Origin: Patescibacteria group bacterium
GTDB taxonomy: Bacteria; Patescibacteriota; Minisyncoccia; Phycocordibacterales; UBA2100
NCBI GenBank assembly: GCA_038061075.1
Contig: JBBUAA010000083.1
Location: 1 to 35,235, forward strand
Direction: 5' to 3'
DNA length: 35,235 bases
Shown: positions 1 to 6,378 of the stretch, one piece after another
How the letters are laid out: every line of letters begins with the position of its first letter
Position numbering within the stretch: position 1 is the first letter of the stretch
Program-made: the position numbers and the translations under genes
Notes under the pieces: model-generated
Databases searched by the model: none
The model's input: only the letters and a program-made list of their open reading frames with translations
What the model was told of the DNA's origin: nothing

Positions 1-200
1 GCATCAACCTCGTCAAACGCCACCGCAAACCTACCGCGCAGAACCGCAAGGGCCAGATCGTAGACAAACCGATGCCGATACACGCATCAAATGTAATGCT
101 TCTCGACCCGAAGACGGGGAAGCCCACGCGCATCAGGATTACGCGCGGCAAAGACGGGGCCCGCCAGCGCGTCGCGGTCAAGAGCGGCCAAGAAATATAG
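1..200 (+). CDS. rplX: 50S ribosomal protein L24, C-terminal part (5' end outside window)
   Basis: Frame 3 reads INLVKRHRKPTAQNRKGQIVDKPMPIHASNVMLLDPKTGKPTRIRITRGKDG..., stop TAG 198-200. Lies directly upstream of rplE as in spc operons. Confidence 0.9.
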   Translation, partial: INLVKRHRKPTAQNRKGQIVDKPMPIHASNVMLLDPKTGKPTRIRITRGKDGARQRVAVKSGQEI

Positions 201-214
201 AAAAAGTATCTTGT

Positions 215-760
215 ATGAAAACAGCTACAGCAACAGTGCGGGCGAACACATTCAACGCGCTCAAAGGCGACTTCGGCTACACAAGTCCGATGCAGGCGCC
301 GCGGGTGGTGAAGATCGTCGTCTCGTGCGGCGTAGGCTCGGTCAAGGACAAAAAGAGACTTGAGCTTATCGTGGACAGGCTCGCGCGCATCACGGGGCAG
401 GCTCCCGCGGTACGCGGCGCCAAGAAATCCATCGCCAACTTCAAGGTGCGCACGGGCGATATCGTCGGCTATCAGGTGACGCTCCGCGGAGCGCACGGGA
501 AATCGTTCCTCGACAAGCTCATCCACATCGTCCTGCCGCGTGTGAAGGACTTCCGCGGCATCAAGACTTCCGCCATCGACGAAATGGGCAACATCTCCAT
601 CGGCCTCAAAGAGCACACGGTCTTTCCGGAAACATCGGACGAGGATTCGAAGGACATCTTCGGCCTCGCGGTCACCATCGTGACGACCGCCAAGAACAAA
701 AAAGAAGCGGAAAGCTTCCTGCGCCACCTCGGCGTCCCGTTGCAGGAGGCAAATAAATAA
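215..760 (+). CDS. rplE: 50S ribosomal protein L5
   Basis: 181-aa ORF with typical L5 sequence (PRVVKIVVSCGVG..., KSIANFKVR, FRGI..., ISIGLKEHTVFPE). Synteny after rplX. Confidence 0.97.
   Translation: MKTATATVRANTFNALKGDFGYTSPMQAPRVVKIVVSCGVGSVKDKKRLELIVDRLARITGQAPAVRGAKKSIANFKVRTGDIVGYQVTLRGAHGKSFLDKLIHIVLPRVKDFRGIKTSAIDEMGNISIGLKEHTVFPETSDEDSKDIFGLAVTIVTTAKNKKEAESFLRHLGVPLQEANK
722..760 (+). repeat. Direct-repeat copy 1: authentic 3' end of rplE (RHLGVPLQEANK-stop)
   Basis: cgccacctcggcgtcccgttgcaggaggcaaataaataa. The first 18 nt are identical to 2449-2466, and the rest differs only at third codon positions plus one codon. Confidence 0.9.
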
Positions 761-767
761 CAAAAAT

Positions 768-795
768 AAAACGGGCACCTGACGGCGCCCGTTTT
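768..795. terminator. Bidirectional intrinsic terminator after rplE and after the minus-strand ORF ending at 813
   Basis: AAAACGGGC (768-776), 10-nt loop, GCCCGTTTT (787-795). The A-run and T-run allow termination in both directions. Confidence 0.6.
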
Positions 796-812
796 CAGCT
801 CACGACTTCTTT

Positions 813-1187
813 CTATGGGAGCAGAATGTCCGCGCCGACAGTGAGACCGAATGCTAGCTGACAGACTCCGCATACGGCCATCAGTCTCGTATTCAAATCC
901 CATTTAGACCACTCCCACTTCAGCCATTGTGCGGTAGTCCAAGTCGGAAAGTTGATCGAGATGCCCACTAGCCACGGAGTGATAGCGAACACCGCAAGGA
1001 ACATTGACACCCCGCCCATCTCGGTGAGTGGACTTTGTTCGGGTTGAAACGCAAATACACTTCGTAGGATTGCATGAAGGGCCATCAACCCCGTGCCACT
1101 TCCTGTCATCAGACAGGCCACGAGCATCGGAATTGTCCTGACGACCCTCCAGGTTCGCATTAGCAACTGCATGTTCATCTCCTTCAT
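813..1187 (-). CDS. Small hydrophobic protein with about three predicted TM helices, unknown family
   Basis: 124-aa ORF. Its start overlaps the stop of the upstream ORF by 4 nt (ATGA at 1184-1187). Hydrophobic stretches IPMLVACLMTGSGTGLMALHAIL, GGVSMFLAVFAITPWLVGISI and LMAVCGVCQLAFGLTVGADILL. Confidence 0.5.
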   Translation of the reverse strand: MKEMNMQLLMRTWRVVRTIPMLVACLMTGSGTGLMALHAILRSVFAFQPEQSPLTEMGGVSMFLAVFAITPWLVGISINFPTWTTAQWLKWEWSKWDLNTRLMAVCGVCQLAFGLTVGADILLP

Positions 1188-1555
1188 TTTGCCCCGATGA
1201 GGCCGCCGAGAACGGCATACAGCCTGCCGATGGTTTCTTTGTCACCGGAGAGCAGCATTTGTTTCGGGTCGATGTCTCCGTGGGTCTCCGCGACCCACTT
1301 CCTGATAGAGGCCCTTTCATTGCCGCATAGGATGCCGATCCAAAGACCGATGTCGACGATCCAATCGAGAATCTCGATGGAATCCGGATTGCCGGCGAGC
1401 CAGTCTCTCAGAGTAATCAGCGAATCGTCGTCGCGGATATCGGGGCGACCGAACACACGGCCCCGCTCTTCCAAACTCAGTCCAAGCACCTTAAGCACAT
1501 TCAGGGCGAGTTGAGCCCGAGTGTCGGCAACTTCTTCGTGACGTCCCGTGGTCAT
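1184..1555 (-). CDS. MbcA/ParS/Xre-type antitoxin-like protein (DUF2384-like C-terminus)
   Basis: 123 aa. HTH-like LGLSLEERGRVFG, then IRKWVAETHGDIDPKQMLLSGDKETIGRLYAVLGGLIG, which fits the W...P..LL......L..L..I..G pattern of the toxin-binding domain. Canonical SD AAGGAG lies 6 nt upstream of the ATG. Confidence 0.55.
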   Translation of the reverse strand: MTTGRHEEVADTRAQLALNVLKVLGLSLEERGRVFGRPDIRDDDSLITLRDWLAGNPDSIEILDWIVDIGLWIGILCGNERASIRKWVAETHGDIDPKQMLLSGDKETIGRLYAVLGGLIGAK

Positions 1556-1618
1556 TCGCAGCTCCTTTTACAAAGAACGAGAGGACCCAGCGACCGCTCG
1601 TTCGGGGGAGGGGTGCTA

Positions 1619-1654
1619 GTATCTTTCAGATACCTAGCTTTTTATTAGGTATCT
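1619..1654. promoter_or_regulatory. Candidate operator in the divergent promoter region (three GTATCT/AGATAC half-sites)
   Basis: GTATCT-ttc-AGATAC at 1619-1633, and AGATACCT-N11-AGGTATCT at 1628-1654. A TAAAAT -10-like box follows at 1657-1662. Confidence 0.4.
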
Positions 1655-1699
1655 GTTAAAATATCACTACTGGACACAGTTCGTCAAGGAAATCTATTT

Positions 1700-2446
1700 A
1701 TGGGCCTTTTTCCCAAAGATCAGCGTGAGAATCTAACCCTTGTCGAAAAGGTTGGTTCGGTGTTTTTGGGCACGCGCGATTTTAGAGTTCTCGCGGAGCG
1801 CGCAGTCAATCTTATGACCTCCGAACTTAAACAAGAAGGGGTTTTGAGTGCTTCGATTTTCCGTGTACACCCAGAGGAGCAGAAGTTGTATGCGTACGCA
1901 TTTTCCTCCGGCGCGTTTGATGCCGTCAACAAACTGTATCCCAAGAAGTTTTCTGAATTGAGTGTTTCTCTCGACGAACCTGCAAACCTTCTTGCAAAAA
2001 CGGTTCGAACGAAAGAGGAACAGGAGGGCGATCATCTGTATGAGTTCGCGCGGCCCGCACTTAGTGAGATGGTCTCGACAGCAGTTCAGCGTCTCGTAGG
2101 GGCAAAACACGGTATCGCATATCCTTTGCGCTTGAAGCAGGGTAAAGTTGCCGGCGTAATCCTGTTCAGTGTCGGCGAACAGGCGATCAATGAACGACAA
2201 AGAATCCTCTTGGAGACCTTTCGCTCACAACTCGAACTCGCGTTCGAGAATGTGATGGAATTCGAACGTGTAGTCGAACGCTACAAACGATTCGTTGTTT
2301 CTGATGACGAAAACAAACCGACGGCACATTTCATGCTCCGTATCACGCCAAAACAGAACACGCTGCTAGAACAAAAGGCCAAAGAGGCGAAGCTAGACAA
2401 GACATCCTACATACGTTCATGGATTGATTCGGGGGCGGGAAGATAA
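1700..2446 (+). CDS. GAF-like sensor domain fused to a C-terminal MobC-type ribbon-helix-helix
   Basis: 248 aa. GAF-like core (...GIAYPLRLKQGKVAGVILFSVGEQAINERQRILLETFRSQLELAFENV). C-terminus AHFMLRITPKQNTLLEQKAKEAKLDKTSYIRSWI resembles RHH/MobC modules. SD-like AAGGA lies 9 nt upstream. Confidence 0.55.
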   Translation: MGLFPKDQRENLTLVEKVGSVFLGTRDFRVLAERAVNLMTSELKQEGVLSASIFRVHPEEQKLYAYAFSSGAFDAVNKLYPKKFSELSVSLDEPANLLAKTVRTKEEQEGDHLYEFARPALSEMVSTAVQRLVGAKHGIAYPLRLKQGKVAGVILFSVGEQAINERQRILLETFRSQLELAFENVMEFERVVERYKRFVVSDDENKPTAHFMLRITPKQNTLLEQKAKEAKLDKTSYIRSWIDSGAGR

Positions 2447-2448
2447 TA

Positions 2449-2484
2449 CGCCACCTCGGCGTCCCGCTGCAAGAAGCGAAATAA
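2449..2484 (+). pseudogene. Orphan duplicate of the rplE 3' end (RHLGVPLQEAK-stop), att-like direct-repeat copy 2
   Basis: cgc cac ctc ggc gtc ccg ctg caa gaa gcg aaa taa. Compared with 722-760 it has 18 identical nt, four synonymous third-position changes and one codon missing. No upstream rplE body. Confidence 0.85.
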
Positions 2485-2491
2485 CAGAAGT

Positions 2492-3091
2492 TTATTCGAT
2501 GAGAGTCCCTTGGACTCTCTCGAACTCAAGCACCTCGGAGTTCCTGATTAGGATTGTTCTGCTCGTAGTGTAGGAAATGCCCTTGTTGGGGCCGGACTCA
2601 AACCCAAGGTAAACACAACTCACTCCACGCTCTTTGACTTCGCGGATTGCCGGTTGTAGGTCGGAGTCTGAACTGCCAAGGATAATTTCCTTCACCTTTT
2701 TATCGCAGGTGTTGGCGACCATGTCCACGGCCATCCGCACATCAACGCCTTTCTCCTTGAAAACCAGGACCTTCTTGCCGCCTGGTCCGACTTCAAGCTG
2801 TCCGCGAACTCGACCGGCTAAAATTACTTGGAAGCCCTGTCGTTCAAGATGTGTTTTTAGGAGCCGCTGCTCCTCGATGAGTTTCTTTGATTTTTCCTTG
2901 CTGTCGTCGTGCTCTTTGATGCGCGCAAAATAAAATGCTTGTCTGTTGATTTTCACACCTGCAAGTACCTTGTCCAATAGGCCCCTAAAATCATACTCAT
3001 GCCATATGGGTCGCGTTTTTCCGGAGGAAGTAAAAACATCCTTCACTTTGCCCTTGAAGTTCTCCCCATCGATGAGCAGGATGGTCTCCAT
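2492..3091 (-). CDS. NYN/LabA-like (DUF88) domain protein, putative RNase
   Basis: 199 aa. LLIDGENF..., KGVDVRMAVDM..., ILGSSDSDLQPAIREVKERG match NYN-domain acidic motifs. TAAAAT lies 8 nt upstream of the ATG. Confidence 0.7.
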   Translation of the reverse strand: METILLIDGENFKGKVKDVFTSSGKTRPIWHEYDFRGLLDKVLAGVKINRQAFYFARIKEHDDSKEKSKKLIEEQRLLKTHLERQGFQVILAGRVRGQLEVGPGGKKVLVFKEKGVDVRMAVDMVANTCDKKVKEIILGSSDSDLQPAIREVKERGVSCVYLGFESGPNKGISYTTSRTILIRNSEVLEFERVQGTLIE

Positions 3092-3120
3092 ATCAGGCTA
3101 TTTTAGCAGAAAACCAATTC

Positions 3121-3152
3121 AAAACCCCAGCGGGCCTTGCGGCTGGCTGGGG
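3121..3152 (-). terminator. Intrinsic terminator downstream of the DinJ-like gene
   Basis: Minus strand reads CCCCAGC-CAGCCGCAAGGCCC-GCTGGGG followed by TTTT. Confidence 0.5.
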
Positions 3153-3189
3153 CGTGTATATCCACACTCTACTCAGATACCATGAGGTG

Positions 3190-3372
3190 TCAATGAAGGA
3201 TTGGGGACGAGGGGCTGTTGGACTTTTTACCGAAACTGATTTCTCCTTGCGCGACTATATCTCGCAGTATTTGATTGAGAATCGCTGAAAATGGGATTCC
3301 CCATTTTTTTGCCAGTTTTTGCGCTGCTTCCTTTAGCTTCTTGTCGGTCTTGAACATGACAGTGGTCTTCAT
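3190..3372 (-). CDS. RelB/DinJ-like ribbon-helix-helix antitoxin-like protein
   Basis: 60 aa. VMFKTDKKLKEAAQKLAKKWGIPFSAILNQILRDIV resembles DinJ (V..RID..LK..A..VL..GL..S..I). Inverted repeat ATACCA-N12-TGGTAT (3373-3396) abuts the start. TATACT lies 7 nt upstream of the ATG. Confidence 0.6.
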   Translation of the reverse strand: MKTTVMFKTDKKLKEAAQKLAKKWGIPFSAILNQILRDIVAQGEISFGKKSNSPSSPILH

Positions 3373-3420
3373 ATACCAAAGTATATATTCTGGTATAACT
3401 CTGTCAAGCGCAACTTTAAT

Positions 3421-3443
3421 CTCCGGAGGTTAAACCTCCGGAG
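3421..3443. repeat. Palindromic element CTCCGGAGGT-TAA-ACCTCCGGAG (family copy a)
   Basis: Perfect 10-bp arms with a 3-nt loop. Related copies at 15050-15095 and 32016-32030. Confidence 0.85.
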
Positions 3444-3495
3444 ATCGAACAATAGTGAATTGCCACATTTTCAGGCGGCGGGTGGTGCTTAATCG

Positions 3496-3523
3496 TTGCT
3501 GGACACGGTCCGTAGGCTATAAT
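3496..3523 (+). promoter_or_regulatory. Sigma70-like promoter TTGCTG-16-TATAAT driving a leaderless ORF
   Basis: -10 TATAAT at 3518-3523 ends 7 nt before ATG 3531. Shares GGCTATAAT with the adk and ftsH promoters. Confidence 0.55.
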
Positions 3524-3530
3524 TCATCCG

Positions 3531-3824
3531 ATGAACCTACGTCAGATTTTGATATTTGAAGGCATAGTTGGTATTGGCCTTATTGCAATCATCACATATT
3601 TTGGCCTTCAGCCCCAAGACGATTCATGGGGCCCATATTGGATCATGGAGGATATAACGCTGTTCGTTCTTATGGCCGTCGTGATGTACGCAACTGTTTG
3701 GCTATCAAGACTACTTACATATGCCGGGAATCGAGGGGTATCATCGACTCAGAAACGACTAATCGGCTTTGTACTAGCCGCCGGTTTGCTTTTCGTAATG
3801 TATTACATTGTAGTAGGCTTATAA
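3531..3824 (+). CDS. Small membrane protein (about three TM helices), unknown family
   Basis: 97-aa ORF with three long hydrophobic segments, directly behind a near-consensus promoter. Confidence 0.55.
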   Translation: MNLRQILIFEGIVGIGLIAIITYFGLQPQDDSWGPYWIMEDITLFVLMAVVMYATVWLSRLLTYAGNRGVSSTQKRLIGFVLAAGLLFVMYYIVVGL

Positions 3825-3847
3825 CGGACGTTGTTATAACGGACGTT
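3819..3847 (+). repeat. Tandem direct repeat, 2 x TTATAACGGACGTT at 15-nt period
   Basis: Copies at 3819-3832 and 3834-3847. The second copy runs into the -35 of the next promoter. Confidence 0.85.
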
Positions 3848-3875
3848 TGACTTCCGCTTCCACTTCGCGTATATT
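3847..3875 (+). promoter_or_regulatory. Candidate promoter TTGACT-17-TATATT that could re-drive rpsN and the distal operon
   Basis: -35 at 3847-3852, 17-nt spacer, -10 at 3870-3875, about 155 nt upstream of rpsN. A weak hairpin with a T-run at about 3880-3905 complicates the reading. Confidence 0.35.
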
Positions 3876-4031
3876 TCTCAAGCCTCGTAGGGGGCTTTGT
3901 TTTTTGACCACAGGTTGGAAGAAGAACAGGGCCACGCGAAGAAGCTTCTGTAATCAGGCTGCGCAAGCGCCGGATGCAAGGGCTTCTAGCTTCCCCCTAT
4001 TTGGCATACCTTTCAAATCTGTCCAAGAAAT

Positions 4032-4217
4032 ATGGCCAAGAAATCAATGATAATAAAGGCGCTCCGCGTGCCGAAATTCTCTACCCGCACCGTGCGGCGC
4101 TGCTTCAAGTGCGGCCGCCCGCGCGGCTTTATGCGCGATTTCAACCTCTGCCGCATCTGCTTCCGCGAAGAAGCACTAGAAGGGAATATCCCTGGCATCA
4201 AAAAGTCCTCTTGGTAA
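4032..4217 (+). CDS. rpsN: 30S ribosomal protein S14, type Z (zinc-binding, 61 aa)
   Basis: [46 protein letters not shown]... with a CxxC...CxxC motif. Confidence 0.95.
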   Translation: MAKKSMIIKALRVPKFSTRTVRRCFKCGRPRGFMRDFNLCRICFREEALEGNIPGIKKSSW

Positions 4218-4258
4218 TTACTACGAACTATGCACTACAAACTACGAACTAATTTTTT

Positions 4259-4654
4259 ATGGTAGGCGACCCCGTCGGTGACTTCATAGTGCGCCTTGCA
4301 AATGCAACGGCCATCAAGAAGGCCTCGGTCTCCGTGCCGTTCTCCGCTTTCAAAATGGCCATCGCGGAGAAGCTCAAAGACGCGGGCTTTCTGAAATCCA
4401 TCGAGAAGAAGGGCAAGAAGGTCCGGAAGACCATGGACATCGCGCTCAAGTACGATGAGGCGGGACACTCCGCCATCGAGGGCGTGAAGCGCATCTCGAA
4501 GCCCGGTCGCCGCATGTACAGAAACGCCCGCGAGATCGTGCCGGTCCGCTACGGACGCGGCGCACTGCTCCTCTCGACGCCAAAGGGGGTGCTCACCGAC
4601 AAAGAGGCGCGCAAACAAAACATCGGCGGCGAAGCGCTCTTCGAGATCTGGTAA
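4259..4654 (+). CDS. rpsH: 30S ribosomal protein S8
   Basis: 131 aa. DPVGDFIVRLANA..., typical S8 C-terminus GGEALFEIW. Synteny. Confidence 0.95.
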   Translation: MVGDPVGDFIVRLANATAIKKASVSVPFSAFKMAIAEKLKDAGFLKSIEKKGKKVRKTMDIALKYDEAGHSAIEGVKRISKPGRRMYRNAREIVPVRYGRGALLLSTPKGVLTDKEARKQNIGGEALFEIW

Positions 4655-4691
4655 CTACAAACTACGTTCTACGTACTACGAACTAATATAT

Positions 4692-5258
4692 ATGTCACGA
4701 ATAGGAAAACTCGCTATCACCATTCCCTCCGGCACCGAAGTCGGCGTGCAATCGGGTGAGATCGTCGTGAAAGGAAAGGGCGGCACCCTGAAGCGCATAC
4801 TGCATCCTGCGGTCTCTGTCACCGTCGAAGGCGGAAAAGTCTCGGTCGTGCCCGCACAGACGACCCGCTTGGCCCGCGCGCTGTGGGGGACATACGCCGC
4901 GCACGTCCGCAATATGATCGCGGGCGTGAATCAGCCGTTCACAAAGAGACTGCAGGTCGAAGGTATCGGATTTCGCGCCGAACTTGCCCCGCCAGCGGCG
5001 GGGCGAGCGGGCCAGCAACTGAAGTTGCAGGTCGGATTCTCACACCCTGTCATGATTGATATTCCCGCGGGTATCACCGCGACGGTGGAGAAGAACATTA
5101 TTTCCATCTCCGGTCCCGACAAAGAGGTCGTGGGGGGATTTGCCGCGGGCGTTCGCGCCATCAAGAAGCCGGAGCCGTACAAGGGCAAGGGCATCCGGTA
5201 TGAAGGCGAAGTCGTGCGGCAAAAGCAGGGTAAGAAAGCCGCGACGGCTGCCGCGTAG
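4692..5258 (+). CDS. rplF: 50S ribosomal protein L6
   Basis: 188 aa. MSRIGKLAITIPSGTEV..., EPYKGKGIRYEGE. Synteny. Confidence 0.95.
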   Translation: MSRIGKLAITIPSGTEVGVQSGEIVVKGKGGTLKRILHPAVSVTVEGGKVSVVPAQTTRLARALWGTYAAHVRNMIAGVNQPFTKRLQVEGIGFRAELAPPAAGRAGQQLKLQVGFSHPVMIDIPAGITATVEKNIISISGPDKEVVGGFAAGVRAIKKPEPYKGKGIRYEGEVVRQKQGKKAATAAA

Positions 5259-5320
5259 GTCAGTTGACAGCGAACAGGCAACAGTAAACAGACAACAGTA
5301 AACGAAGGAGACAAAATTTT

Positions 5321-5665
5321 ATGACAATGACAAAAACACAGCAAAGAACCCGTCGCCACAAGCGCGTCCGCGCGAAAGTAATCGGCAGCGAAGCGCGTCC
5401 GCGCCTCTCGGTCTACAAATCGAATACGCGCCTTCTCGCGCAGATCATTGATGACAAGAGCGGCACAACGCTCGCGTCGGTCACATCCCTCACTGAAAAG
5501 GGAAAGACCCCCCGCGAACGCGCGGAGGCGGCCGCGGCGACGCTGGCAAAGCTTGCACGCGAGAAAGGTGTCACGGCTGTCGTCTTTGATCGCGGCGGGT
5601 TCCAGTACCTCGGTACTATCAAAGCGTTTGCCGAGGCGGCGCGTGCAGCCGGTCTGAAATTCTAA
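5321..5665 (+). CDS. rplR: 50S ribosomal protein L18
   Basis: 114 aa. RRHKRVRAKV...RLSVYKSNTRLLAQIIDD..., VVFDRGGFQYLGTIKAFAEAAR. SD AAGGAG at 5303-5308. Confidence 0.95.
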   Translation: MTMTKTQQRTRRHKRVRAKVIGSEARPRLSVYKSNTRLLAQIIDDKSGTTLASVTSLTEKGKTPRERAEAAAATLAKLAREKGVTAVVFDRGGFQYLGTIKAFAEAARAAGLKF

Positions 5666-5684
5666 ATACCACATAAATATATAT

Positions 5685-6362
5685 ATGGCAGATAACACAG
5701 AAGAAGAAAAAGTGGCCGTGGACCCCGTTGCAGCCCCCGTCGTCGACGAGGCGACTACGGCGGTCGTGGCAGAAAAGGCTCCGGAGAAAAAGTCGTTCCA
5801 ACGGGGTGCTTCACGCGACCCGCGCCGCGGCGGTGGACGCCCGGGGGGACGACCGAGGGGGAACCGCCCACGTGACGAACGCAGAAGTGAATTCGCGCAA
5901 AAATTGATCGGCATCCGGCGTGTGGCGCGTGTCATGGCCGGCGGCCGCCGTTTCAACTTCAGCGCCGCCCTCGTACTTGGTGATAAGAAAGGCCGCGTCG
6001 GAGTGGGCTTGGGCAAAGCCGCCGACACCGCGCTCGCCATCGAGAAGGCCACGCGCGCCGCGAAACGTGCCATGATCACCATCAATCTCTCCAAGAACCG
6101 GAGCATCCTACACAATGTCGCGGCGAAGTTCTGCGCGTCGCGCGTCGAGATCAGGCCAAGCCCCGGCAGAGGATTGGTCGCGGGCTCGTCGGTCAGGACC
6201 GTTCTCGAACTCGGCGGCGTGTCCGACGTGACCGCAAAGCTCCTCTCGCGCAGCAAGAATCCGGTCAACAACGCGCGCGCGGCTATCAAGGCCCTGCAAC
6301 AGGCCACACACACCCGTCCGAAAAATGCAGCCCCTTCGGGAGCGGGAACCGCAAACCTGTAA
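5685..6362 (+). CDS. rpsE: 30S ribosomal protein S5 with an acidic then Arg/Gly-rich N-terminal extension
   Basis: 225 aa. Core [35 protein letters not shown]... is typical S5. Confidence 0.95.
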   Translation: [225 protein letters not shown]

Positions 6363-6378
6363 AACTATAAACTAGTAT

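Noticed and set aside
904-1514. Alternative ORFs 904-1320(-) and 1197-1514(+) inside the island
   Set aside because: They overlap the SD-led, ATGA-coupled pair 1184-1555 / 813-1187. They have low-complexity Ser/Arg/Pro composition and no translation signals.
3819-3847. Possible CRISPR or other array
   Set aside because: There are only two directly abutting 14-nt copies with no spacers. No repeat-spacer architecture occurs anywhere in the window.
761-4031. Integrase, transposase or IS element responsible for the island
   Set aside because: No ORF in or next to the island shows tyrosine or serine recombinase motifs or a DDE motif. No terminal inverted repeats flank it. Only the rplE-end direct repeat was found.
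4931-6313. 460-aa minus-strand ORF antisense to rplF, rplR and rpsE
   Set aside because: It overlaps three strongly supported ribosomal protein genes. It has an Arg/Ala/Pro/Ser-rich low-complexity composition typical of stop-free antisense frames in high-GC DNA, and it shows no recognisable motif.
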